64,000 nt of DNA. Origin: Camelus ferus (Eukaryota). The DNA lies in assembly GCF_009834535.1 (NCBI RefSeq), contig NC_045697.1, positions 42,782,001 through 42,846,000 on the forward strand, written 5' to 3'. Every line of letters begins with the position of its first letter. Within the stretch, counting starts at the first letter, position 1. The notes beneath the pieces are model-generated. The model was not told where the DNA came from. It made no database searches and was given only the letters and a program-made list of their open reading frames with translations. Both the position numbers and the translations under genes were made by a program. Positions 28,230-41,185 of the stretch are shown piece after piece.

Positions 28230-29490
28230 AATACCTCAGTCACCTGTCATCTCCACACCATGTCTGTTTTCTCTTTTCTAGGAACCTCATACTCTCATGG
28301 ATATCTTCACTCCCACTTAACTCCTTGATCTAAATACCTATCTTCCCTCCTTTGAAAAAGGAGATTTTCTCTTGACCCTGCAGTCCTCTCTAGCTACTAT
28401 CCTGTACTCCCCTCCACTGGCACTTCTGACAATAATTACCAATATTTCACGTCTCACTTTCCTCAGCCTGACACTTGGCTTCTAGGATCTTTTGCTAAAC
28501 TCTGTTCGCTGCCTCACCCTCATTCCTAAATACTAGTGATGATATCCTCTAAGCAGTCTTCCTTCTTTAGCTCCCAGGACCTCATTATCTTGATGCCTTC
28601 CCTCTGAACACGGGCGCCTCCCAAGGCTCTGTCTTCAGTTCTCTCCCCTTTCGATCCTAATCAAGTCTCCTTTCAGTTCCCATCACCAGCTTGAACCACC
28701 TCTCTATTTTAGAGAATGCCACACCTGCCCAACCCAACTCACCTGTCTCACTCCCAACCTGCAAAACTGCCCAATTATTTTTTGCTTCTTTCCTAAGTCT
28801 CTTATGTTGTAGACCAAAATGTGTCTCCCAGCAGGCTATTAGCCCTCCCATGATCACCCTTGTCCAGGTCCCACCCCTAGTATCTAAAATATGCATCCTC
28901 TCTCCCAACTCCTACTCCCCTGCTCCCCTAGACTTACTATCCATCCTCATCATTTCGTATATACAGCATTTGCAATATACTCCTATCTGGTTTCTTTGTG
29001 GCAGGTCTCTCCCCCTTCCAACACTTTCTACAGACTGCTGCTAGAGTGACAGGATAGTGTCTCTGCAAAAACTTCCCAGTAGCTTCCAGGAGTCCATCGA
29101 AGAAAGCTCAACCTCCCTCACAAGACTCTCAAACTCCCAACCCTAACTTCCAAACACACACAGCTTATGCTCCAGGATTATCAAACTAATTTTAGTGTCC
29201 TGTGCCTAGAACACGGATTCAAGAAACAGTTCCACACATCCTTTGCCTAAATGCCCTTCCCTAGCACTTGTCCAACTGGTGAGCCTCCAAGCATCTTTTA
29301 ATTACAAGCTCAACCTTCATCTCCTTTTGAAAGCCTTCCCTGTCATCTCTGTGTAGTGTCCAGCTATGCCCTCTATGCTAATGATTAGCCTTGTTCAGAA
29401 CTGTAATAAATCTAACTCATATATATGCCCTGGGGGGGGGGGTGGTTCCTTGAGGTGGTGGTCTTGGGATCTTTCAAGTATTACTCCAGC
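28230..29490 (+). mobile_element. Degenerate L2 fragments
   Basis: Pyrimidine-rich L2-like motifs (cccaaggctctgtcttc; aaatgcccttccc; aagccttccctg). Confidence 0.5.
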
Positions 29491-31559
29491 ATTTAGCAAC
29501 TGGGAACACTCCCCTATGGGTAAGAAGCACGTTTTCACTTGCTAATGCTCTAGAGCAGAGTCCTCTTTCAGAATAAGTCTCCACATCCTGAACAATGCAA
29601 AGGTCATGCTAATAATACCATTGTAAAAAGACTACAAGATGGCACGACAAAAGCAGAATATAACACATCTCTTCTGCTTCTTTCATCAGTTTCCTAGGAG
29701 TTTTGCCTTTATTGCAACTTGAATGGAGAAGGCACTTAAAGAGTTTATATGCACCAAATATTAACCAGCCTCCTATGTGCAAACTGACTTTATAACAGCC
29801 CTTGACCTGGAAATACAGGTACATTCAGATATACACCCTGATAAGAAAGGACAGACAGAGGATAGAGTTCAGTGACTCAAAGCTTGCCAAGTCAAAAGTT
29901 CCTTGGGATAAACTCTAAAAGCAAGCAATATTTTACACATGGTTTGAAAAATGCTCATCCTTGTCTGAGAAATCTTAACAGAACAGATCTACTGTCAGCT
30001 GGGTATGTATTAATGAAAACCAACAATGCAGCAGCATTTATAAATAAATACATAAATATACAGCAGTGAGGTAACCAAGTCACAGATAGCTTGAGACAAC
30101 AGTTCTAATGAATCCAATCAAACCAGAGAAGTAATTTCCATTTTAAATATATTAGGGTGTTAAGAAACTAATTAATTCAAAACTCATTTTATGGATGGCT
30201 TCCTCGAACATGTTTTTTTCTTATTAAAAGTGTGTTACCTTCTCCCAGTTAAGGAAGTGAACATGGACAAGCTGGTATTTCCTCGATTCTAAACTATACC
30301 AGTGTTAAAACAAAACAAATCCCAACCTAATTAATTCTATTTTCGGTCTAGTTTCCAAGGCAATTTTCACAAAAACTATTCTCAGCCCACTGTTTCCAGC
30401 TTTGTAACATCAACCTTCAGGAGCTGGAAACTTACACTTTGTGTAATTCCTTGACACATGTGTTCTATCGCAGACTCATTTTATTCCACCTGCCTATCAA
30501 GGATAGGAAAAAGAAAAAAAGGATCTGTCTTCCCATAGATTCTGAAGGTTCATTCCTAAAATCACTGTTAAATTATTTCATGATGTTGCATGATATGTTT
30601 CTACCAGGGCTTTATAACTTGGGTCACCTCAAGCTCACCAGCATCAAGGTCCAGGTGGAACCCTCCCCAAGTCAGAACTGCAAGTGAGTCTCAGGAACAG
30701 TACAAACCAGAAGAAAGGGAACCAGGAAACAGGTTCTAGTTCCAAAAGGCCACTGACTTGACCGTGGGCTACCTACTCCACTTCTGTAATTCAAACTGCA
30801 ATACCTGCTTCCAAAAAAGAATGCTTCTAGGCACAGCCTAAGTGCTCGTAGCTTTTAAAATGAAGTAAAATTTTATAAACAGAAGATTTTATACAATAAT
30901 CTACGGTCTGGCCCAGTTTCCTACACCATTCAGTCTAAAACGTCATAAAACTGCGTTTGTCCCCCCTAAAAATTCCTACTCGCACTACTGTATTACCGAA
31001 TAAGCTGAACTTTGACTCTTGAATATCTTTAAAAAGAATGGCATTACATCTACCTATTCTTGAATGTGAAGCAAGAAGTGGGAGTTTAAAAAGTCCTCAT
31101 GAATTAAGGTGTCAGGTCAAATGAAATCCCCTGCCGTGGAATCAAAAGAAGCTGGAGGATTACAACTGAGCCACTTGCATGAGACGCTCAAACCTCCAAA
31201 ACCTCTTACACTGAAAAAGGACAGAGGAAACGAAAGTGCTGATGGAGGAGCGCAGAAGCCGAGCCTCCGGCGTCAGGATCCAATGACATGCTAGAACCGA
31301 AGGTGCATGTCTTAAGTTTAGCCCTTACTAACTTTGTCCCTCTACCGAAAAGAGGTGCGAGGTGGGAGCTACTAGAAAACAGCAACTCCCAGGATGGCAG
31401 GTTCCATCCCAACGCTAGCGTCGGCCCCAGACCCCGGGGAGGGGACTGGAACGGGCAGAAACTATACTGGAGTCAAGTTGAATCATCCAGCTATCCTGGC
31501 AGCAGTCGCAGTCATCCTGGGAAACGTACCTTCGCTGGAGTCCCACTTGAGTAAGAAAG

Positions 31560-32500
31560 AAATTAAGCCAAGCCGGGAAGGCGGCGCAGCCGGCAGCTTC
31601 ACCTGACATTCCCGTGGAGCCCCACCCTCGCTCCCAGGTGTCCCGGGTGTGCGTTTCTCGCGGCTCTACTTACTTTGTCACTGGTGCTCTCGGTTTCGTG
31701 GTCGCCGCCGGCCGCCTCTCCCTCGCGGGGTGGCGGCGCCACCGCTCCCCCGGGGCCGGGGCAGCCTCCCCGGTGCCTGAGCTCCCACATCTCCCGCTCC
31801 CGCGCGGCCGAGGCGGTCTCCTCCAGCGTCCCGAAACCCGAGCTGCGCGCGAGGTCTCGCCGGCTGGCCTCCCCGCCACCCCGCAGCCGCACACTCGACG
31901 TCCGGCAAAGCTGTGGCCACTAACACGCCCCCACCGTGGAGGAGCCGCCGCCGCGCGGGTCACCCCCAAAACGGCATCAACGAGCGAGCGCTCGAGGCCG
32001 CCTCCAGCGAGCGCGGCGCCAGCAGAAGAGCGAGGGGCGGGCGCCAGGGGCCGGCTCGGGGTGCAGGGCAGGCTCGGGGCGCCCGGCCGGAGCGGAGAAG
32101 GCGGGGGCGCGGCAGAGCCCGGTTGCCGGTTGCCAGGTGCGCGTCCCCACGCAGAGGCCCAGGTGGGAGGAGAAGAAAGGACGGGGAAGGAAGGAAGAAG
32201 CGTGACCTGCTTCAGCGCTTTGCGGGGCGCCAGCCGCCTGGGCCCTGCCACTCCCCGCCCCGCCCCGCCCCGCCCCCCGGACTCCGGAGTCGGCCGCTCC
32301 CGGCCCCCCTACACCTTTCTCCCGGTTCCTGCCTCCCGCAGCCAGGTCACGCGCCGCAGGCCCCGCCCCGCCCCGCCCCTCTGCGCTGCACTGCGGTTCC
32401 CACAGCCCCGCCTCCATCGTAGAGGGGTGACGTCATGGGCCCGGACCCAAGGCTCCACCCAGGTCTCCGCGAGCACACAGGTGGCGGCTTTGAGAAAAGG
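31560..32500 (-). promoter_or_regulatory. CDS1: CpG island / TATA-less promoter and 5'UTR of CDS1
   Basis: Very GC- and CpG-rich stretch covering exon 1; tandem GC boxes at 32253-32278 and 32361-32380; perfect CRE TGACGTCA at 32428-32435. The exact TSS cannot be determined from sequence. Confidence 0.92.
31674..31790 (-). CDS. CDS1: CDS1 coding exon 1 (117 nt from ATG): MWELRHRGGCPGPGGAVAPPPREGEAAGGDHETESTSDK
   Basis: ATG at 31790 (gggagATG, purine at -3); donor gtaagt at 31673; phase 0 joins exon 2; matches the CDS1 N-terminus. Confidence 0.96.
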
Positions 32501-33344
32501 TGGGAGCGGTGAGGGCTGGAGCAAAGGGGAGGAGCAGGGACGGTGAAGAAGAGACGAGCAACGAGCTTGGAAATGAGGAGTGAGAACGTGTGGACTCGTC
32601 ACCGAGCAACTGGGAGGGCTGGAAGAACCAGACACCTGGTAAATATTGACAGCACTCAGCATTACCCCTTCAAATGGCTTCCCTGGCCGCATCAGCTTGA
32701 CACATCGGGTCGTGTCTGAGGTTCAGAAGCCTACAGAAGCAGAAACTTGTCTGGCAGGATGAACTCGATGACTCCGTGGCCTTCTGGCCCAGTGTCATTA
32801 CCTTCAAAGTAGGGGATGCGTTTGTCTCACTGGGCATCCTGGGATGGGCTAGCCAGTTTCAATCACATACCCAAACTCTGTCTTCCAGGAACTCCAGTAT
32901 TGAATCTCTCCAGATTCACTGCCGAGGGTCTGAGGTGCCATGGAGTGCAGCTGCCAACCAGCTAATCTCTGAGCAGTCATGGACCTCAGGCTGCTAAAGC
33001 TGGAACAAGAAGGGCGCACGATCCGCATTAATTCCGTTCCAAATCCTGTTAGAAGGTGATTAGTTTTCCTGACACATATGTGCCACCTGGTCATTTACTG
33101 ACAAGCTGACAAATGGGAAAATGCGACAGGCTGTCATACAAACAGGACAACGTTCAGAAAAGCACCCTTATAGAAATAAATCAACAATATAAAATTCTCA
33201 AGGTCATTACCTGGCACGCTGAAAATAAGTAACGTTGTTCTGAAAATTTAATAACACACAAGCAAAACCAAAAAGTCAAAGTAGGACGCATTGAAAGGCA
33301 AAACACAAAGACATCATTTTACTTCATCAGACAAATCTTTAAAG

Positions 33345-33520
33345 CTCTGGATTCAATTTGGGTCGCCATATTTTCAAAGGGATGGAGAGAAGAATTGATC
33401 AGTCTTATCGGAAGAGTAACAAAATGACAAAATATATGAAAATAAGTTCTTTGAGTGACAGTGATGGTGTGGTCTTCCTTAAGGAACAGAAGACCATGGG
33501 GTGACTAGTTTAATCAATTG
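33345..33520 (+). mobile_element. CR1/L3 LINE fragment
   Basis: ttcaatttgggtcgccatattttcaaagggatggagag...ggaagagtaacaaaatgac resembles the CR1/L3 ORF2 3' end. Confidence 0.45.
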
Positions 33521-34264
33521 TTCTTCATTTCTTTGGAGAACCAGAAATGAAGGGCTGCCTGATTGTGTTTCTGGTTGCTTGGACAACCACATTATGGCTG
33601 TTGTCGCTTGCCCTCTCTTTCTCTGTTGCCCTCTGTCAGTTCAGTCTGTAAGTCAGAGATCGGAATTTTTGATTTAGGCCAACCAGAGGAGCATCTTGTG
33701 GTAAGTTACTGAAGGACAATTTATGTTTACACTCTTATTATTAATGAACCTGCCTGGGAAAATAATGGTGTGCCATCAAGCACATCTGACTAAATATCAG
33801 AGGAGCGCGTACAGGAGTGTAATTAGAAGCACGGTTTTATATGGGCAACCCTGGGTTCAAGCCAAAGTTCTGTCTTCTAGCCTTGACCCCATTAACTTTA
33901 TGGAACATTTCATCACGTACAGCTGAAGCTATGTCCTATCCGATATGCCCAATCAGAGTTTAAGTAATAACTCTTTATGTAACACTTTACAAAGCACTTT
34001 CATATACATTATTTTATTTATTCTACTCAACAACCTCTGAAGTAGGCAGAACAAATATTATTATTTCCATTTTACAAGGAAAAAAAAAATCTGAGGTTCG
34101 GTATATAAACTACCCAAGTTTGCAGAGGAAATCTGGGATTGAAAGCTACGTTTTTGTACTTTAAATTCTGCCAGGTCCACTAGGTACTGCAAGTAGGTAG
34201 TAGCAGAAACAAGGAACTTGTAAGAAGGGGCAACTTGTAACAATTAAGCATAGGAATTCATCAG

Positions 34265-34445
34265 CCAACCCGCCCATGTGGAAGTCCCAGCTCTGCCCTC
34301 TACTGGCCCATGCCATCAGTCATGTAACTTAATCTCTGTGCCTCAGTGTCCTCATGTATAAGGGTGATAATATTTTCCTCCCAGAATTCTTATGAAAGTA
34401 CTTAGAACAGTGCCTGGTTCTAGCAAAGCACTATACAAGTGTTCC
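34265..34445 (+). mobile_element. MIR SINE (a second, oppositely oriented MIR lies at about 33975-34170)
   Basis: cccagctctgcc...aacttaatctctgtgcctcagtgtcctcat...cttagaacagtgcctgg. Confidence 0.8.
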
Positions 34446-36918
34446 CCATCATCAGCATTTATATCATTAAAAGCTGCATTTCTCAGGGAGAGCAGCACTC
34501 CATTTCTAAACTCACTAAAGCTGAAACACCTTAGAAGACTTTGAAGAAAAAGGGATCTGCTGATATTGCTTTGGTAAGGTGAGTAGAAATTATGAAATGG
34601 GGTAGGGCACCTTTGCAAATAAGTGCAAAGAAATCATCAGACTATCAAATTAATTAATTTTTGCTTTATCCTTCAGCAGTACTAAGATTAATGAAATTGG
34701 CATTTCCTATTATTAACTGCAATCACTTACTACCAAGTATCTTGCATATGTATGACTACAGAATTCCTTCCATTTCTAGCTTCTCCACTGAATCACAGTA
34801 ATTATATTTTGCTGATTTAATGCCTTTGTAGAATAGGCAGAATATTCCTTCTATAAGTTTATAGAATTATTTTCTAAAAGAATGGGTATATATGTGCTCT
34901 AGATACTGCATGGCTCAACTATTTTTTTAATGTTGAATTGGATTTATATCTTTTTGGAGGTGGTCATTTAGAAAAGTGGAAGAAATTGGCAACTGTCCTT
35001 AGAAGTGCAAAGTCACTGATTTGCTTCAAATTATATCAATTACCTCTGTTCAGTGAAGTTCCAAAATCTAAAAGCATCAGTCAAGGTTCTTAGATGCAAA
35101 TCTGGCTGACTTAGGCATACAAGCAATTTATCGAAAGGGTAACGAGAAGCTCACAGAAGTCTTTAGAAAGCTGAAGGACCCAGCATAGAAAACCAGTAGA
35201 AACAAAGGATGCCAAGCAGCAGCAAGGACCATAGTCAAAGTCATACCCAAACCAGCCAACTAGGGCCAACGTTGCTACACCCACTGAGACACACCATCAC
35301 CGTGGGGGCGCCAGCCCCCGGGTGTCACGTTATCACAGCTCACCCTTTCCCACTTATGTTTTGCTTTACAAACCCTTGTTTACTTATACTTTTACAATAG
35401 AAATCATTTCCTTATAAGATGCAATAAGAGCCGTAAGATCTCATGGAAAAAAAGCCTTACACTGATCAGAGAAAGAAAAGCTGTATGGTGTGTCTCTATC
35501 GGAAGACATAACAAATACCATATTTCTTCTCTTCTAAGACATCCTTTCAATTTACATTTTAAACTCTCGGAAATCATAGTATGTCTTACATTTGACGTAA
35601 TAAGAAAACATTGTTTCATATTTTAATTGACCATTTTCTTTTTCTTAGCAGTACATTAAATAATGGTGCATTTTTTTAAAATGATGGTTTAATTGAGTCA
35701 ATGAAGTTCAGCACTTTAAAGACTGACAGTTGTTGGTCTGGAAGATCACATATCTTTGATTTTTCCAGCTGGTCCCAATTATATGTATTTTTTTTCTAGT
35801 AAAAGGTGCATATTAAATATATAACTATGTATGATTAAGGCTTTAAAAATCTAAAACAATTTTCCATGTCTTTGTATTCTCATGGCAAGAAACAAAAGCA
35901 AATGACACCTTTTGCTAGACTCTATAAAGCTTAATTTTTGCTTTGGAAAAGCAAGCATGTTTAAAGGATTATTTCCTTAGTGAATCTATTTTATTTCTGC
36001 ACATTACAAAAGACTTAAAATTGATGTATTTCTAGTAATACCCATTGTCTGCTGCTCCTCTTTTCTCAGTTTGATTTACAAAAAAAAATTGTTTTACCAC
36101 ATTTTAAGAGATTTGATTTGCTCCCCAAATTAATACCAATATCCTACATTATCATGGAGATTTAAATCTGTCTCATCCATCGTCTTAACAACAACAATTC
36201 GTTCTTTGATCACTTAGCATCTGATGTATTTTTCTGCATTTAACTGTCATGGATTGATGCATGGGAGTGGGAAGGGAGCACGGCCTTCACTGGGCCCTCC
36301 AGGCAGTTGGGAAGAGCCTAGAACAGGAAATCTATTAGAGTATCCTTCAGTGTACCAGAGTGGTTATTAACCTAATGTGCTTAAGAAGGACCTAATACTG
36401 CAGTGTGTGTTTTTGTTTTAGTAAAGAAATCTGGCTTCAGCAACATACCACTCAGACTGTAAATACTGTACTGTTGCGTTTAGGGAACAAATGCCAAAAT
36501 TACTTATTAACTGGGTTCTGCCAAGTTATTTCCAGTATATTTGAAGCGGAGTGAGTGGTGCAATGAAAACATTTTATACAAGAACACTGAGATTTCTATA
36601 AGGCGAAACTTTCAATTACCTTACTGGCAAAGCACATTTAGAGAATCTTGTCAAGAGAATGCGTGAATAGTATCTATGTAGATGTGGATTAAAGAAATTA
36701 CTCAAAACTGTGCAATCATTGACATGTATTAGAAAAGAGATTCGTAAGTGTTTCAAAACACCAAGAAAACAGATGATTTTAATATAGCAGTGTCAGGGAA
36801 AATTGACAAAGTTTTAGAAATGAGCAAAAGAGTTCCTGGTTGTCTTGGCAATAGGCATTAGACATTGCTAGCAGCCCCACTAGGGATTATCTGATGCTAA
36901 AGAGGGACGCACCTTTGT

Positions 36919-37294
36919 TGTCTCAGTCAGCTCAGGCTGCCATGACAAAAATACCACACATAGACTGGGGGACTTATAAACAACAGAAATTTATTTCTTA
37001 CAGTTCTGGAGGCTGGATGGCCAAGATCAAAGCACCAGCAAGGCAAGTTCTTGTGAGGGCCCTCTTTCAGCTTGTAGACTGTTGACTTATTGTATCCTTA
37101 GTGAACAGAGAGAGGAAACCAGCTCTCCCATGACTCTTAGACAGTCACAAATCCCATTCATGAAGACTCCACCTTCATGACCTCATCTGGTCCTAATTAT
37201 CTCCCAAAGGCCCGAGCTCCTAATACCATCACATTGCAGGGTATGCTTTCAACATATGAATTTGGCAGACGGGACACAAACATTGTCTATAACA
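36919..37294 (-). mobile_element. MaLR solo LTR (MLT1A/MST-like)
   Basis: tgtctcagtcagctcaggctgccatgacaaaa...cacaaacattgtctataaca; TG..CA ends and typical MaLR motifs. Confidence 0.88.
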
Positions 37295-38549
37295 AATGTC
37301 TTTGATCAATTAGGCTATTTTACAATTCTACTAGGATGAGAGTTAATTTGTGGAAAACTGATGGCCATGCACATGGTTCTGGTACATGGCAATGTAAGTA
37401 AGTTTTTGTGATACAGAATATAAATCATTTTAAGTCAAAATCCCTTTTGAACTAAGTTTAATGTCTTTCTGACTCCTTCATTAACTATTGCATTAAATAA
37501 AATCTTTGACATGAGTTCATTTTTTACTTGCATGAGACTCATGAGTCATGAATTTTGGAAATTACATTTTAGCGGCAGTAATAATGCATGTCTATTTTCA
37601 TTCGATAGATATTCATTTGTTTATGTAACAAATATTTATTACATACCTACAATGTCAGAACACTGTGCTAGACACTGTATGGGATTCAGAGATAAAAACC
37701 AACTGAAATTCCCATATGAGGATTTGTTTTTTATTACATATGTATACACACACACACACACTTAATCACAAATAATACATGAATACACACTCAAAGTTAA
37801 AAAGTTAAACAATACAGTATTATCTAGAATAAAAAGTCTTCTTTCTCTCTTTCTGGAAATGTACTACTTTTCCTAGAAATAATCACTGTTAACTGTTTGC
37901 TGGACTTTCTTCCAGACTTTTCTCTATGGCTTTATACACGTATCTAAGTATATGTGCACATGTATACATGCTACGTAATACTGTGTAACGTATTTTTCTA
38001 TTTAATAACATGCCTTGGAGCATTTTGTTTTCTAGTATGTTAGATATCAGGATGGGGAATAAGATGAGCTAAAAATGGAGATTTATTGGAAGCCAGTGTA
38101 TCGAAGAATTGACTTCATCCCATCATGCCTCCTTCTCTCCCACATGTATAGAATGCTTTGCAAATATCAAAGACTTTTTTTTCTCTATGATAATGGAAGA
38201 GGGAAAAAAAGTTCTCCACTGCCTGCAACTCATCCAGTTTTCTAAACCAAACTCCCCTCGTTGACCAACCCTTCCCACAGGCAGTACCACACTCAGATAT
38301 TTTCACCTTGTTTTTTTAATATGAAGGGAAAACAGGCAGCAGACATCTAAAGAAAGTGTGCCACAAAACAAAAATATACATATTTAAGCAACAAAAATTA
38401 CTCCCTGGCAAAGTAGTTTAGAAGCCAGAAGAGAATTTTAAAACAAGAACAGAATGTTATGCAATGGGAAAACAGAATAAAAAGAGGGCTTAGAAATGAA
38501 TATGATTACTAAAAAATAAATACAGAAAGCTAAACCATTCACTAGTAGA

Positions 38550-39066
38550 TGTGTTTGTCAAAGTTCTCCAGAGTAACAGAGCCAATCAGCTATAACTCTC
38601 TAGAAAGAGATTTGTTATAAAGGATTGGCTCATGTGATCATGGAGGCTGAGACGTCCTTCTGTCTATCTGCTGTCTGCATGCTGGAAGCCAAGGGAAGCT
38701 GAGTAATGTAGTTCCAGTTCAAACCCAAAGACCTGAGAACCAGGGGAGTCAATGGTATAAACCCTCATCTTTGTCTGAAGGCCCAAGAACCGGGAGCATA
38801 GATGTCCAAGGGCAGGAGAAGATGGATGTCTGAGCTCAAGCAAGACAGCAAATGCACTCATCCTCCACCACTGTGTGTGGTTAGGCCCTCAAAGAGTTGG
38901 GTGATGCCCACCCACACTGGTCAGGGCCATCTTCTTCACTCAGTCTACAGATTCAAATGCTAATCTCTTCTGGAAACACCCTCACAGACACTCTGAGACA
39001 TAGTGTTTTATCAGCTCTCTGGGCATTCCTTAGCCCAGTCACGCTGACACAAAATTAACCATCACA
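38550..39066 (-). mobile_element. ERVL solo LTR (MLT2-like)
   Basis: gttctccagagtaacagagccaat...gctgacacaaaattaaccatcaca, the diagnostic MLT2 terminus. Confidence 0.88.
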
Positions 39067-40999
39067 GTGGTACAGCCAGGACCCAACCCAGGTCCCACTC
39101 TTGACACAAGAGTTTGTCAGCACTTCTTCTGTTTTCTCCTGCAGTTCACCTTCAGCCACTTGTTGCCGACGTGGTCTCCTTAGCCTTCCCTTGCAGCACC
39201 TCCACCTCCCCATCATCACCCCCTTGGCCCCCTCACCTCTCCTTTTTCCACAGTACAGTTTAGCTCTGTCCCAGTTGCCTCAATTGTGCTTCCTACCCAT
39301 ACTATCACCAATATGCAGACACCTTTATCCTGAGAACAACAAGCAAAGGATATGCCAATTACCAACAGATATCCACCCTCCTGAGAAGGCTGGTTAGAGT
39401 GTGTATATGGGACAGGAGGGTGATTGTAAATAATAACCAATTTTGCTTTCCTATCAGATGTGTTTTTCTAAGTTAGTTTTGTGTTTGATTTTCAGGGAGT
39501 TTTGCTTTTCTTTTCCAAGTATTTGGTAGGTGGCTTAGTACTTTGCTGATTGACTGGACGTAAAGGATGATAGAAATGGATGTGTCAAAGATGACTCCCA
39601 GGTTTTGACCTTGGAGGCTACTAGAGAATGACCATGTTTGCCAAAGGCAGGGAAATTCGAAAAAACTGCTACTTCCTCCCTCACCCCAGTGGAAATTAGC
39701 GGTGGGTGGGAACTGAGAATTTTATTTTGGACATGCATATGTGAGATGATAGTAACACCAGAGGTAAAAACGTTGAGGTAGTGGGAGTTGTGTTAAGACT
39801 GTGGTAATAAGTGGGGGAACAAAAATTGAAGATAAAAGACAGGAATCGCCACATGGGCCTGGGGGCTGGAGTAGAGAGGCTGGAAAACCTCCCTCAAAGA
39901 ATATGTACGTGCAGAAGGCCGAGCGAGCGAGAGGCAGCACCAAGGGAAAGACCCAGGGCAGCAGCAAGCAAAGAAAGGTAAGAAGAGAATCGGAATGTGG
40001 CAGCATTATGGAAGCCAGACAAGAGAAACATTCAACAAGAGCTAACACTGATCAGCCTTTAATAATGGCCTGATTATTTCAATTAAAATTCTCAATAACC
40101 ATCTGAGCAAAGCACTGCTGTTATATCTCTGTTCACTAATAAGGAAACTGGCTTACAAAGCTTATGTAATGGAGTCACACAGTTGGTAATCAAAACAAGA
40201 CTGGGAGGACCCTAAAATCCAAGTTCTTACACACTACTCTCTAGGATGCATTTGAGAATCCAGAGTTTCTATGCAATTATTTAATCCTCACTGTGTACCA
40301 GGCTCTGTTACGTGCCTTTTATATACTTACTGAATTTTCACACACTCTCCAGATCTACTCTCCCCAAATAAAGTATAGAGAGGTGTTATGTGACTCACCC
40401 AAATCCACATGGTTATTAAGTAATGGAGCTGGGATTTGACCTCTGTCAGTCTGTTCCAGAGTTTATACCAAAAAAAGGTTAAAAGGGAAGAAAAGGCCAT
40501 TATTCCATTTTAGCAGTTAAAAGACATCCAGCCCTCTCTCATTCTGCAACATATTCCACAGGACAAACTTAGAAGGATGCTGTCTTAACCGGTGTCAGCT
40601 GGCTCTCGTGCTCTCTCTTCTTGTCCTGAATTCACCTTGCAGGCTCAGCCTTTCAAAAGTCCTAATGTCTTATCCATCCCATGATCTCCTGCTGCCTTTT
40701 CTCCTTTTTCTGCTTCTCAGCCACTGCAGAGAGCTTGATGTTTCTGAAGGGCCCACTAGTCTCAGTTGAGCAGATTTTAGTTGCAAGTTGAAAACAGCTT
40801 ACTGTCCAATGTGGTAAAATTATAATAGTGTATTAATTTTTTCCATCTCCATTTCTTTTCTCTCTGATCAAAACCAGGACACATGTTAAATATTTTCCAC
40901 CACTTCTTGCACTAGTATTCTTTCCTCCCTTCACCCATGAATGGATAAGGGAGCCGTGGTTAAAATGTAAATTTATGTGTTTATTATGAGCAGAAGGTA

Positions 41000-41185
41000 T
41001 AGGGTGGCCCAATTTAGCAAATAAAAGTACAGAATGCCCATTTCAATTTGAATTTCAGGTAAATAAATATATGTATCAGTATGTCCCATGCAGAATTTAG
41101 AACATTTTATACTAAAAATAAATATTCGCTCTTTATCTGAAATTGAAATTTAACTAGGCATCCTGTATTTTATCTGGCAACTGTA
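41000..41185. mobile_element. MER53-like palindromic hAT MITE
   Basis: agggtggcccaatttagcaaataaaagtacagaatgccca...ggcatcctgtattttatctggcaac; imperfect long inverted arms. Confidence 0.8.

Noticed and set aside
31614..32546. 310-aa plus-strand ORF and other overlapping ORFs in the CpG island
   Set aside because: GTG start, low-complexity Pro/Arg/Ala/Gly composition, antisense to CDS1 exon 1; long stop-free frames are expected in GC-rich DNA.
37536..37547. 12-bp palindrome gactcatgagtc overlapping an AP-1-like site
   Set aside because: Isolated motif next to old repeat fragments; no further evidence.
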